Assembly: GCF_006345805.1 (NCBI RefSeq)
Contig: NC_043012.1
Location: 29,388,001-29,452,000, forward strand
Length of the DNA: 64,000 nucleotides
Origin: Octopus sinensis
Lineage: Eukaryota
Direction of reading: 5' to 3'
Part shown: one piece after another, positions 1-13,520 of the stretch
How positions within the stretch are numbered: position 1 is the first letter of the stretch
Layout of the letters: every line of letters begins with the position of its first letter
Notes under the pieces: generated by a model
The model's database searches: none
The model's input: only the letters and a program-made list of their open reading frames with translations
What the model was told of the DNA's origin: nothing
Position numbers and translations under genes: made by a program

Positions 1-83
1 TTCAGGTCACTGCCTGGAATCGAACTCGGAATCTTGGGGTTAGTAGCCTGCGGTCTTAACCACTACGTCATATGCCTGTGGGC
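1..83 (-). mobile_element. tRNA-derived SINE head (element continues beyond window start)
   Basis: Reverse complement reads gcatatgacgtagtggttaag...gagttcgattccagg, with Pol III A-box-like and B-box-like (GTTCGATTCC) motifs; no convincing acceptor stem for a true tRNA. Confidence 0.6.
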
Positions 84-1740
84 ATATATTTGTGGACAAA
101 TATATGTCAAATGTAAATAATGTAAATAAGTCACTCACAGTTGTCATAAAAAAGAGGTATGTATTGAACACTCTAGCGATAGAGTTGCAAAAGGATGGAA
201 CGTGCATAGCTAGAACACATTACGTAATTCGTCTTCTCGATCAGGACTGATCTTAGATTAAGTATTAGCGACAGCTATATTGTTGGATACTACAGACGGT
301 TATACAAGTTTTTTAGTATAGAGGTAATGGTAGCCTCTTAAAGCCTCCATATGCTTGAATGATACTTGATACGAAAACCAAGAGAAAATGGTATTCATAA
401 TTGTAATAAAGGTGCACATATTGCTTATTATTACAATTATAAATGTATTACATCATATTTTAAGCCGCTTGGATTCAATTGCTGTAGAAAAAGAAACTAA
501 TTAGAATAAGATGTAAATCAAAATTGCATCACAAGAAAAAAAACTCCATAATATAATTCTATAAACGGAAAGGTTCGTGACACCCTGTTTTAGAACACAA
601 GAGAGAGGTTGAAATAGAAAGTGAGAGGGAGACAGAGCAAGGCGAGGATTGAATAAGCTCATATGTGAGATACATTCAGGAACTGGTTTATTGAGATTTG
701 CTGTGTTCGCAACATACATGGGTGTAACTGATAATCCAAAACAAATGGACACTAGGCGGGGTGTTTATTGTTTTACTGTTAGATTGGGGACAGCCATTGA
801 CTTAGACATTTTTCAACTTACTATGGTTACTGGATTCAGCCGTATCAATATCAATAGTCCCAGAAGCGGTCATGTCGAATTTTTGGTTAAATCTTGACTT
901 CGTTGCGAAACCGCTGCTTCAGCATCAATTTTTCTTTTCTTTTCTCCAGCCTCCGACACACCCAGTCTAACATCGTTACCTTTCTTCTCTCTTGTCTCTT
1001 CACCCTCGATATAACTACTCTAATTTGCTCAAACCTAGAGTCAACCAATTTGATTGTGCCTTACCGTGGGTAACAGATTTCGAGGGCACTCGATCGATGT
1101 TCTTTGTAACAATCAGGAAGTTCCAGATTCTGCAGCACCACACTACTATTTACACGTATCTCTGAATGGTTTTCCCCATTCCTCAAACACAAGGAGCAAC
1201 ATTTAACCTTCAGCCGGGGCTTCTCATCACCATATGGTCTTAAACATACCTCAGCAGTTTCTGATTATATTTTCAACTCCTACTTTCACACTCTACTGCG
1301 TGTAGGTCCTTTATTAGCTTCTGCGTAGTATGTATGTTCGACATATATGCGTAATAAATATGCATATTGTTTGAGTTTATTGGAAAACTTACATGAATAA
1401 CTGAAAGAAGCCCTAGATTTATTTTCAAAATGTTCGTACATATATGTACACACACAAGCATAGTATGAATTTTAATGTGCATATATCTTTTGGTACGCGC
1501 ACGCACGCACATGTGCGTGTATGTGTGTGTGGCCTATCTCTGTTGTGTGTGTGTATAATTCTGCATGCATAGGTATCTATATATGTCTGTAGTTGTATAT
1601 GTTCGAAGCAGTTTTTAAATCCAATCACATTTGTTTTCATGTGTATTTGTCTTAGTTTGTCTGTATGTACGTGCGTGTGTGCGCGCTCTCTTGTTGCTTT
1701 GTATGTGAGTTTCTAATTGTATTGAAGACTTAACCTCCTT

Positions 1741-1741
<1 letters not shown>

Positions 1742-1820
<79 letters not shown>

Positions 1821-1841
1821 GTGTGTGTGTGTGTGTGTGTG
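1742..1841. repeat. Compound (TG)n(AG)n(TG)n microsatellite
   Basis: Directly visible. Confidence 0.95.
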
Positions 1842-1913
1842 TTCGAATTGATTCCTTTACTTCAGTCCTATTTTCTTCCCTCTTATTACTTCTCGTCTTT
1901 TCTCTTCACTTTC

Positions 1914-2190
1914 GGCAGAATCGTTAAAGCTTCGGATAAAATGCCTTTGTAATATTTTTTCCAATACTTTACGTTCTGAGTTCACTTCCTGCCGTGATCA
2001 ATTTTGTCGTTCATACATTCATTGTCGACGCTATCGGTTAACCACCGCCCTTTAAAATTGCTGGGCTTGTGTCTAAGTGAGAAACCATTCTTTCACTTGT
2101 TTTGACTTTTATGTTCTCAGTTCAAACCCCGCTTAAGTCATTATCACCTTTCATTCTTTCGGGGTCGATGGTACTGACAAATTTTATCTC
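1914..2190 (+). mobile_element. SINE family A fragments (ggcagaatcgttag... head; gtcgactttgcctttcatcc-type body)
   Basis: Degenerate matches to the better preserved copies at 43003 and 47982. Confidence 0.5.
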
Positions 2191-2330
2191 CCTGATGGAG
2201 TTAGTCAATACACATGCATACATACTTATATGCCGTACTCATCAATCGCGAAGGAAGTTTATGTCTGACGTTGTATGAGATATGGAAACACTGGTAGTGT
2301 CGATCTGACTTCTCCTTTTCTCATTTAAAT

Positions 2331-2355
2331 TGTGTGTGTGTATACATATATATAT

Positions 2356-2430
<75 letters not shown>

Positions 2431-2443
2431 GTGTGTGTGTGTG

Positions 2444-2475
<32 letters not shown>
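2331..2475. repeat. (TA)n/(TATG)n/(TG)n microsatellite
   Basis: Directly visible. Confidence 0.95.
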
Positions 2476-2949
2476 TACTGACTCTTGGTAGAAAATTCAA
2501 CAAAAAAAGTACTCAATCTGGTAAGAAATAAATATTATCTATCTAAAGGTCACAATACATGTATTTAAACGCTACTAATAGTTTCATATTCTGAGAAAAC
2601 TCAAACATTGTCTTCAGGCGCAATCCACATATCATAACGAACTAAAGAAAATGAATAATCGAAGAAACGCGAAAAAAACTAAGAAGGCAGCATGTAGAAA
2701 ACGCAGACAGTAAACAATGGAAAACGGGGAAAAAAAAACAACCAGAAACTAAAATGTAAAGACTAAATAGTGAAAAAGTAAAAGCTATTCTTCTTAGACC
2801 TTAAATGATAAGGCTGGAAAAATATCAAGTCAGTCAGGCATAGGCAGAATTTTCCAATTTTTCAAAATATATTTATACATATGCATGCAACTGCGGGAAA
2901 TTTCTAACCTAGAATTCAATAGAGGGTTAGGTATTTTATAATCTTTTAT

Positions 2950-3325
2950 TCTTTCTATTTGTTTCGGTCATGCTGGGGCACTGCCTTCATGAATTTTAGT
3001 CGAACGAATCGACCCCAGTGCTTATTTTTTAGAGTCTGGTACTTATTATATAGGTCTCTTTTGCCGAACCCCTAAGTTATGGGGACGCAAACAAATCAAC
3101 ACACCGGTTGTCAAGCGGTGGTAGCAAACAAACACGGGCAAAAACACACACACATACATATATACTATGGGATTATTTCAGTTTCCGTCAATCGAATCCT
3201 TTCACAAAGTTTTGGTCAGCCTGAGGCTATGGTTGAGGACACTTGCCTAAGATATTGCGCTGTGGACTAAACAAGAAGCCCTGTGGTTGGGAAACAAATG
3301 TCTTACCACGCAGCCACGCCTCTGC
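2950..3325 (-). mobile_element. SINE family B (CORE-like tRNA SINE)
   Basis: Reverse-complement match to the copy at 24988-25342 (gcgtggctg head, gttcggcaaaaga, ggggtcgat, cagcatg tail). Confidence 0.7.
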
Positions 3326-5371
3326 TTATCACGCCCAAGCCTGCGCCTACATATGTGTGTGCGTGTGTGTGTATTTATTCCCATGAGCATCATTATACTT
3401 CTCTGACACAGCTCTATGTTAACATTTCACTCACTCTTAAGGTGACAAGACTTCTAATCGTCGCATCGTCTGTGTCTCAATTGATATTTTATACCACCTG
3501 TAAGTCTGATTTATCGGATTATTGTCACAAAAATGTTTTAGCTTTAATTTTTCTTCTTTTTCTCACAATAGCGAGAAATGTTTGCCGTTATTTCAATTTT
3601 GTTTCGTTGTATTGAAATATTCTTTGCAGCGGATTTCGTTATATCATGTCACTTAACTACTGTTTTAAGAGGATTTTGACCGTGGATTGAAACGAGTTTC
3701 CTTCTATTGAAAAGTCCATTTACGTTGGTATTCGTTATAATGGAATGATAAAATTAAAATGTCATCACCAACTACATCACGAACAGAGCTACTATCACTA
3801 CAATAAGAAAAAACAACAATAAGCCGATCACCACGATCTCTATAACCACCATGGCCGCCACCGATACAACGAGGATTTCTTATCTAGTCAACCAAGTTGC
3901 TAGAAATAACAACTAATTCTTCAGACAAAACTGTGTCGTTTTAGAAAGGAACTCTTCGGATAATGTGGTCTTCAGTTCTCTGAACATGTGAAAAAATGCG
4001 ATGGCCACAATCAGAATGTCTTTAATCATAACGTCTGCCCGATTAGAGCTGACCTGAGAGATAAAGAAAAACAACTCTGGTACTAGAACGACCGCTATAG
4101 TCACCGTCTACACCACGTACAACAACAACAATCGTACATATCTGTAAAGTATATAAAATCTAATCCAATAAACTCATTCTCAGTACACAGCCATTCATTA
4201 ATGTAACGCCGAATTATACTCTAGAATGTTCTTATCTCAATTAGAAACATATGCTGTAACATAAACAGTTTAAAATAATTAAAACTATTAGATGAATATT
4301 CATTCATAAGAACACACACGCATAGACAACAATTTTATTGGGAGTTTTTCTTTTATTGTATAACACAATCTGCAACTTTATGGTTTTGTATACGCGTGTA
4401 GCATGTGTATATGTGTGTGTGTATGTTTGCATTTATCTCTATTATTATACACGCATTCACATAACGCTTCTTTAAAAGAAAGGAAAACAAAAATTATTAT
4501 AAGTTTGTTACTGTCTCCACATATACGTCCCATTTTTTTTCTTTTTTGCCACAAAAAATGTGTTTGTGATATATAATTTCCATAAATCTTCTGCTAATTA
4601 TTATCAAATGTACAGGGACAATTACTGGTGAATCTTGACATGGTTATTTATAGGGTGTCTGCCAGATTCCCGCTGCTTTACTCGGTCCCCAGAAGATTCT
4701 ATCTCACCAAGATAGGCAAAAACAGTAGCAGTCTTCCGCTGTTACTGCGTTGTTCCAACAATTTCTCTAATCATCATCAAAATTCACAGGGTCTGTCTGA
4801 AGTGGTAGAGGAAATAAGTGAAGTTGGAACGTCGGTACCGTAGAACGAGGAATGCCAAGGCGGATGTAACTAACTGGATGTTGTGAGGCATCATGTGCTA
4901 CGACGTAGTATATTCGCAGTGTGATGTAGTGAAGTGCGGTGTAGAATTGTTGTTTAGCCCCAAGATGGCGCTAATCAATCAAACTTATGATCAAATGTAC
5001 TCAAACCATTACATACCAGGCAAAATCTCCGTTTTCTTTTCTTCTACAGTAGAGTGAGATTTAGGGAAAATCAAGCGATCGCGTAGATGCTCTCTCGGGT
5101 TCCCGTGGTGTAATGCTTTAAAATGTGGAGGGTTGTTTGCATTATGTGACGTAATGGGATCTAGTCTTTCTCACTCGCAAAATGAGCCGCACCCCACTTA
5201 ATTTTGCTCAGATTGCTTTCAATTTTGGTGTATCGATGCAACTCTGAAATTTGATTACGATCAACCAATTACTTTATCTCGTAAATTAAAGAAGCTGATG
5301 TTATTTGGAATTAAAGTTGGGAAATTTGGGTAATTTTCGCCAAGCAACAGACAGCTTGGCATTAACAGCTT

Positions 5372-5385
5372 GTTACCATGACAAC
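5372..5385. promoter_or_regulatory. RFX X-box-like motif
   Basis: gttaccatgacaac is one mismatch from GTTRCCATGGYAAC; a CRE-like tgacgtaa lies at 5147-5154 in apparently non-repetitive DNA. Confidence 0.35.
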
Positions 5386-5969
5386 CGCACGCTATGTTGT
5401 GATTGACTGTTGTCTGTACCGTTGATTTTTCACACTTGATTCTTCACACCACGAGATTCTTTTCACCCGCGTGTTTTGTTTTAATTTTTGTGTGTGTTAG
5501 TATATTACATATTTTTCTGTGCTTCTGTGTGTTAGTATTTTTCTGTGCTTTTTTTTTCTGTGTTAGTATCTTTACATATTTTCGTTTCATATATTTTTGG
5601 GGACTCATTGACTCAGATACCTGGATTTATGATTTCACTAGGTTAATTCTATTCATAAAAATTTTAATGAAGAGTATTTCTTAAACCATTAGCTTCACAT
5701 TTCAAAGCGTAGCTGAAATTTAGCTCATGTAACAGGAACTCAGCGGGGTATCGTGGAAAAGAGAAACTGTTGGTGATACAGCTAATTTGACATTATATTT
5801 GAATTCTGCATACAAAAAAGTATGAGATACAGGTATTCTTTTCCTTGGAACAAATTCTTTGTTGACCAGTGTTAATCTTTTCGTAGTTTACGAATCCAAG
5901 CACAAAAACGTTACTCAATTTTGAAGTTTTGGAGACAGACATGAATGCATAAATGTACATATAAACTTA

Positions 5970-7256
5970 CGAGGGGCATTCAATAAGTAATGCCCCTGAC
6001 CCACTTCCCATAGCAGTAGAGCAACGAAACTTGGCACAGTTATTAGTCTTTTCCTACATAGGAAGCACCCAGAGTTACGCATTTCTCCCATCGTTTGATG
6101 TAGCCCTGAAGACCGTTTTTGTAGAAGACTCCAGCTTGGTTCTCCAACCACGACGTGACTTCAGAAATCAAGGCTGCATCACCTGGGAAACGTTTTCCTT
6201 TTAAAAACAACTTCATGGCTGGGAAGAGGTGAAAATCAGAGGGTGCAAGGTCAAGAGAATAGGGGGATGGGGAGGAGTTCATAGCCGCACGCTTGTGCTT
6301 CTGATCTGGCGACACGCGAGTTGTGGACCGGAGCGTTGTCCTGCAGGAGGATGCCTTTGCTGATCTTGCCCAGCCTCTTGATTTTGATAGCTTCTCTTAA
6401 TTTCCTCAAAAATGAAGCATAATAGGCTCCTGTAATTGTGGTACACTTTGCCAGGAAATCTGTCATCACTACTCCATCCTGTTCCCAGAAGACTGTGAGT
6501 ATGTCCTTGCCAGCGGAGGGCTGCACCCTTGCCTTCTTTGGAGGGGGTGAGTCACGGTGCTTCCCTTGCATTGACTGGGCTTTGGTCTCTGGATCATAGT
6601 GATGGACCCAGATTTCATCCTGTGCAATCAGTCTTTTGAAAAACTTTGACTCATCTTCTTGGCACATCTCCAAATTCATCCTCGAGCACTCGACGCGTTC
6701 TTGCTTCTGAAAAGGTGTGAACAACCTGGGAATCCATCTGGAAGACAACCTTTACATATGCAAAGGGTCATGAATGATAGTTTCCACAGACCCGGTACTT
6801 ATCTTGACCTAATGGTTTATTTGGCGAATAGTTATGCGCCAATCTTCCAAAATGGCAGCCTCAACTTGACGGACAGATGCCTCATCAATGGCAGAAGGGG
6901 GCGACCAGATCTGGGAGCCTTTTCCACAGAGTTCCGACCATGTTTGAATTCACGATGCCAGCGTTTTACAAGGTCATATGATAGGGCATCATCACCATAA
7001 GTTATTTTCATTTCATCAAAAGTCTCCCATGGTGTGCGTCCTTTCAAATACAAAAAACAGATCACTGCTCTACACTCTAAAGGCTCCATTTCACACTTGA
7101 CTATGTTTAAACGCCTGGAAATCAGAAACCACAATTATTTCAGAGCTGTAATTCGCCATGTAATCTATAGAGATATGAATAATTTCACATGCAAAATTTC
7201 AGCAAGATCAATCAACTGCAAGTGGGTCAGGGGCATTACTTATTGAACGTCCCTCG
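5970..7256 (-). mobile_element. Full-length mariner transposon with frameshifted transposase (ATG ~7089)
   Basis: 37-bp TIRs (cgaggggcattcaataagtaatgcccctgacccactt, 3 mismatches) flanked by TA at 5968-5969 and 7257-7258; ORF pieces contain PRSGRP, WIPRL, QDEIW, LQDNAP and YSLDLAPSDFHLF. Confidence 0.95.
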
Positions 7257-8639
7257 TATATATGCATAAATACATCCACATGCACTTATATATTAATGAT
7301 GTACATAAATACTTGGCATAAAGTAAACACATGCAGACAAATATATTAACATAACAAATTTTAAAAAATAATACTAATATACAATCAATGAAGAGACAAA
7401 ACAGTAAGATGATACATGTTGATTTTATTAGGTATTTCTGTTTATTTAGAAACCTACAATGGATATGTCAGACGCTAAACTATAAATTTCACAGGGTACA
7501 ACCTTAAAGTTGACACCGCTCCGCTAAAAGCAGAAAATTTCTGTCTAGCTATTGGCTAAAAATATACAGTTTTTTTCGATTTTTAAACCCCTGTAACTTT
7601 TTCTCAATTTTTTATCCACAACATCATACCTACAAAGCAATGAGTCTGGAAGGCTACATTATTATAGCCGATTCTCAGATTTTTTACTTTCTTTAAAAAA
7701 TGCATAATGAAAAAAAAAAAAAACATCCACCTAGTGCAGTGGTATAGTTAAATATATGATAATGTGGTGCGATATAGGATGATATAGTATATTGTACGGA
7801 TGTCGAAATGAGACACAGTGTGATGTGCGAGTGTGCAGAGGCAACTAGCATTGTTGTGTATTACATATGCGTGTGGTTTGCTGTCTAGGATGGTGCAATA
7901 TCTTAACCTGTTAAATGGTATGCTGGGGTATAGAGTATAGTATTGGTATTTAACGCTGGCGGCGTCTAGTGGCGGTTGATTGTGTAGTTTGTTTAAATCG
8001 TTATAATCTGGTGTAGTGATGTGGAACGTATTCCAGTATGGTGCAGTGTAGTATTATAATGTCGCATGGTATTGTGTACACTTTAATGAGATGAGATACG
8101 ATAACTTGAAGAGTACAGTGGTGAATTGTGATGGGGATGGCGGTGTTGCTTAGCTCAAAATCGATAAAGAAACACTATGAAGAAAACCATTTAAGTTATG
8201 ACCATCTTACCATCTTATCTTTTTTTACTTTCTTTTTTCGTCAGGAGTATTGTACTTAGACCTAGAACTATACTTTATACTATTCAAGGAACACTACTTG
8301 TGTGTTACAAGTATATGTTTTCGAGGTTTGGTCGCTATTTCTATAGCACGTAGATTTGGTTCGTGACGTAATGTACTCCATTGATATACAGAATTTTAGA
8401 GTCTGTTGATGTTTAGCCCTTGGTAGGCTCTGATCAAGGGTATTCTAGTCATCAAATTAGTTGAGAGCTATGTTGGAGAATACTATTCCTTTTTCAAAAC
8501 GGCAGTGTGGTTTGAGTGATTTGAGAATTTGTTTGCTACCTCTAACAAGTCAAGCGCCCATGTAGAAACTCTCTTTCTAGTTGATGTATGATTATTACTG
8601 TGATCTATTATTTCATGGAAGTGGTGTTTACCCGATTTA

Positions 8640-10490
8640 ATTATGCTTCCAATAGAATCCCGACACGAGGTATAAGTTGAGGAGCATTTTGTACTTTCTG
8701 AAGAAAAGCTTTCTTTTTCTGCCTTTCATAATTGTTCTAATATTGTATTTAGGACTTTCGGATAATTCTTGCTGAACCTAGTAGACATATTTCCTGCACT
8801 AACAGGATAAGATCAAGCTTTTCAAAGTTTTGGTCTCAGATTTTTTGCTACTTTCCCTGGAGGCTCAAATAATGATCGGCAGTAATATGACCCAAGATTT
8901 TATACATCACGCTGGCATAATACAATGATTTCTTGTTCTTATCACTCTCGTGTCAAATGAGCATTTCATGTCGACAACATTATCCGGTCTGCTGTGTTGT
9001 TTTCTTCCTGTTTGTCTTATCACAACATTCTTCATCGTTTGCGAAGATTTGCACTTCTGTGCATTCAAAAGCAGATTTCCCGCAAACATTCCAGTGTATT
9101 ATTGCAACAATCTTATCATTCCTACACTTTTTGTATTCACTCTGAGCTAACTGTAGACATTCCAATACAATATGAGTCATGGTCTCATCTGTGTTATCGC
9201 ACATTCTGTATGTGGGTGAACAATCCTGATGATCTATCATCTTTTTGATCCAAATTACACTAAAAACCTGTTCCTGTGTTGCCAAGAATATTATTTCGCT
9301 CCCTTTCTTCAGCACCTCTTCCTTTATCCATAGTCAGCTGTCATCGTAATCCCTTATCTCTTGTACGTTTTTGAAAAATGATGAGTGAAACTTTTCTTAG
9401 AATTTTGATACCCTCTTTCACACTTACCTGTTTTCTCTTTCTGTGTTCCACAGATTCTGTAAATATTCTATAACTCGTTACCTTCTGAAATAATGTTTCT
9501 CCTTTTCTAGACTTGATCTTGTCTTCTTTAGTTCTCATATCTCTTCGACACGCATTAACCCTCTTCCTTCTTCTGCTCTTTTGCTGTATAATCGATCCAC
9601 ATCAGATTGGAAATACGTTGAGAGTTCATCGTGTTTTTTTGTCGTCGATGTCAACAAGCTCATCCTGCCTCTGTACAATATTTTTTATTCCGTACTTTAA
9701 TTAAGGACACCAGATGTATAAGATACTTATTTTTCTTCTGTATTGAATAATTATATATTCTCATTGAATTTATTGATCAATTCGTGGTCTTTTTATGTTT
9801 TCCCCACCGTTTCATCTCTCTCACAGCATCTTTTCGATACCAAAAGTCATCACATTGTCATTATTAAAAGGTCATACAGTTTGCACTAATGAATCCAGTA
9901 GGTTCTTGTTTTTGCCATAAAACAAATCCTCCATACATGGAGTGAATTCATTTTCACCACTATTCATTCCCAATGAGCACCCTTCCTAAATTTCATTTAG
10001 TATAATCGACAAAAGGATCAGTGCCATTACAAACATGATGAGAGAAAGGCTGTCCCATTGGAAGCTTTCTCTTCTGATCTGTATATCTTTCAAATTTTCT
10101 TCTCCTGATGCTAATTCTACTCACTAATAGGCATTGAGATTTTTAACAAACAACAAACGTTTCCAGGATCTTGAAAATTTCTAGGCACCGCTTGATACAC
10201 GAATGTGGGACTATATCGTACATAATTTTTTTATTGGTTCACTTCAGGTATAAATTTGTCAATTACATTCTGTAATTTCTCAAGATCATCTTGTCAATCA
10301 TTAATTAATTGGTCTTTTATTGTTTTGTTTTCTTTTCAACAGCCTTTCTGTTCATCGTGCTTTTCATGTGTTGCTATAAATTCCCTACTTATCCAAACGT
10401 TTCCATTTATTTAGTAGATACTTGAATTGGATGGTAGTTTGAGGCAAGTTCTTATTTTTGTTAGCCACAATGGTACCTATCCTTTTGATA
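8640..10490 (-). mobile_element. Degenerate R4/Dong-type (RLE) non-LTR retrotransposon, RT plus C-terminal region
   Basis: Hand-translated remnants YDIVPHSCIKRCLEIF and SFQWDSLSLIMFVMALI (GIFQGDSLSP-like), plus THIVLECLQLAQSEYKKCRNDKIVAIIHW from the ORF track. Confidence 0.8.
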
Positions 10491-10546
10491 TGCACTCTTT
10501 TTTGCTGTATTACTATGGTTTCGTGGAGATTTTTAAACTTTTTCGG

Positions 10547-11325
10547 TCATTGACTCCAATACTAGATTGGTACTCTGTTTTATCGACACCGAAGGATGAA
10601 AAGTAAAGTTGGCCGAAGCGGAATTTGAAATCATAAAGCAAAGAGTCAGAACGAATGCCCAGGAACATTATTTTCGGCGTTCTAATGATTCTGCCAGCTT
10701 GCTAACTTGATACAACGTATTAATATAATTAAGTATTAATTTTATATAATTATACAAATATTAGATAAAAACAATACTTACTGTTGGTTCATTGGTCGGG
10801 GGAGACACAAAATGTATCTTAACAAGGCGAAGCTATAATTCAATGGCCGAGAGCCATAAAGGACACGTCTTTCATCTTACTATCCCCGGTTAATCGCTGT
10901 GTTATGAATTGTACTGAGCGACAGACAATTTGGTTTGTGGTATCTGTTCTAGCACTATGTCCTGAGTTCGAATCCTGCCGGGGACAACTTTGCCTTTCAT
11001 CATTTCGGGTTCAATAAGATAAATCACTAGTCAAGTACTGGAGTCAATGGCATCGACGAACCCATAGCCTTCAAATTTACTGGCCTTTTACTTAAATCGG
11101 AAACTATCAAGGCTGCGAGTTGGTAGGATTGATAGTGCGTCGAAATAAATGCTTTGGAGTATTTCATCCGTCACCTTACGTTCTGTCTTCAAATCCCGTC
11201 GAGGTCGATTTTACCATTCATTTTTTCTGGGTCGATAAAATAAAGTATCAGCGAAGCACAGAGGTTAATGTAATTGACTTGTTTCTCCCCTCAAATCTGC
11301 TGGCTTCGAGTCAAAATTGAGAAGA
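10547..11325. mobile_element. Cluster of three SINE family A copies (10547-10703 minus; ~10930-11105 and ~11110-11325 plus)
   Basis: Shared gagttcaaat/gttcgaatcc B-box and ggtcgatttt/gcctttcatc body motifs. Confidence 0.6.
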
Positions 11326-11659
11326 ATTCATCTTAGTATAGAAGAAACCATTCCTCTTATTATTATGAAACGGTCTGATGCAGTTCTGTATCGGGAGTGT
11401 GATCTAGTTACAAAGTTTCAGTATAATGTAGCGCTCTAAGATGTGGTGTGCTGTAGGCCTGGAAAGATTCATTCGTTAATTTTATGGCTGGGTTTAACAA
11501 TAAAGCCTTCGCAATTCTGAGAGTTTCATTACTTACTTACAAGTATTTCAAGTTATTTTATCACTTACACTTGATGTTTATTGATGTGTTAACTACCAGT
11601 TTTCTACTAGAAGACGTTATCTAGCTACTCGGAATGCACAAACACATTCACATGAAAAC

Positions 11660-11662
<3 letters not shown>

Positions 11663-11716
<54 letters not shown>
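11663..11716. repeat. (AC)n microsatellite
   Basis: Directly visible. Confidence 0.95.
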
Positions 11717-11718
<2 letters not shown>

Positions 11719-12346
11719 TATAGTATGAATGTACGTTTACGTATGTGTATGTATGTAGATTGTGTTGTGTATTTATCTGTATATTTTAGCATATTTCTAT
11801 ACATTTACATGTCTATAAACTTTGTAGTCGATGTATAAGATATACAAATGAACACTGACGCGTGTACCCTGAATGTCATTCTGAACCGAATTAGCATGTC
11901 ACAATGTGAGAAGGCTGAACCTTGGTATTACAGATACAATCTATAGAGAAGGAGAAAATAAGCAAAACCGGTGCTAGTATTTTATTTACCAGGCCTCGAT
12001 AGAATGAAAGGCAATGTTGAGCTCAGAGCGTAGTAAACTGAATCAGATATCGCAGAAAGAGTTCTAGGCAACACTCTAAGAATTCAGTTAATCATGTCAA
12101 GTTTTTAGTTAGATATTAAATGGTAGGAAGCTCTTTGAAGTACATTTTGCATTTAAAGAGATGATATTTCAATTTAACGATATTTCAACATTTGCAATAC
12201 ACTTGGAATCATGCTTATAGAAAATATCAGGCGTTATAATTTTTTCCTATATCTGCGTCATTCGTTATTGGTAAAGATCCTGTGCGCGTGTGTACCTTAT
12301 TACGCAAGCAGTTAATTAGATGCATTGCACAATGTGTAAGAAATTA

Positions 12347-13320
12347 TCTATTACATATGTAGAAAATCGGTGTCTGTTTGTTTGTGGCGTTGTTAGCTAA
12401 CTCATCCTACGTCGTTTTATTGATTTTGATGAAACTTGACACGTGAGTAGAACTCATGTCTGGAAATCTTGTCACATACTTAGATTGTTGAAAAAATTGC
12501 TAATTCCGCCCCTGGAAGGGACCTTTATATCTACCTCATGTAACTAATTTTTTTAAACACCCAAGGGAAATAACCCATAGCCCCTGTACAATATCTTTGT
12601 TAAACACTCAAGAGAAATTACCCATTTCATTGGTTATGTTCGATTACGTTGAATATTGATTTTTATGTGTGTCCAATTTCTAATTTTTGCAAACAATATC
12701 ACTTTATTTGACACGTGAGTAGAATTCATGTCTGGAAACCTCGTGACATACTTAGATTGTTGAAATAGGGCTCCTCCAATGGATCCTTCTATCTACTTCA
12801 ATAGTTTTTCTGTGAATGACAGCAGTTATGCATTTCCCAGATGCCTTCGCTAAGCAGAATAATGTCGTTGACGCTTGACCCTTCTCACCTCTTCTAAGCC
12901 ATCACTAGCTGAATGGAGATAACAGACCTCCAACGAAATCATTTGCTCTCAACAATATGCCTATCCTTCTGGCTGCTTTCGATAGTTATAAAAACAAGAA
13001 CTCCGTAAGTTAAAGGCAGTTACTGAGAGCGACCGTCAGTGTGTGAACGTAATTATTGCACTTTCTTCAAACATTTCATTCATATATTTATATAACCTCT
13101 CTCACCAGCCTCTGACAATCTTTCTCTCCAGCCTCCCAAAACCTCTCTTACCAACCTCCAACAATCTCTCTCTCCTCCAGCTGACAGTTTTGTGTACTTT
13201 TTCGTGACGGAAAATACACCTTTTGTGGTAGTTATAACGAAATTGCTTTCCTATATCAGAGTAATAAGGCGTTTCAATAGAACATCTTTACTCCCGGGAA
13301 TTACCAAGTACATCAGCTAG
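12347..13320 (+). mobile_element. Non-autonomous Helitron-like element
   Basis: A|TC start at 12347 and CTAG|T end at 13320, preceded by a decayed cccggg hairpin; gtctgtttgtttg motif near the 5' end; internal ~60-bp direct repeats at 12436 and 12708. Confidence 0.55.
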
Positions 13321-13364
13321 TATAAGAATATAGGAATTATTTAAATATATGTTCGTATTTGAAC

Positions 13365-13520
13365 AGCGAGCTGACAGAATCGTTAGCACGAGTTCAAATT
13401 CCGCCGAGTTCGATTTTTGCCATTCATCCTTTTGGGGTCGATATAATAAGTACCATTTGAACAGTGTTACTAATACAAACTCTCTCCCTAAATTATCGGC
13501 CTTGAGCCAAAATTTGAAAT
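13365..13520 (+). mobile_element. SINE family A
   Basis: gcgagctgacagaatcgttagcac...gagttcaaattccgccgagttcgatttttgccattcatcc. Confidence 0.7.

Noticed and set aside
1-83. True tRNA gene
   Set aside because: A/B boxes are present but there is no convincing cloverleaf or acceptor stem; better explained as a SINE head.
500-1260. Coding-looking minus-strand stretches (e.g. GLSKLESSYIEGEETREKKGNDVRLG...)
   Set aside because: Short, interrupted by stops, no recognisable domain and no consistent splice sites.
3913-4056. Possible minus-strand terminal exon (tttttctttatctctcag|GTCAGC, VSSNRADVMIKDILIVAIAFF...)
   Set aside because: Good acceptor, but no recognisable protein, and the nearest candidate upstream exon (~4630) gives an in-frame stop.
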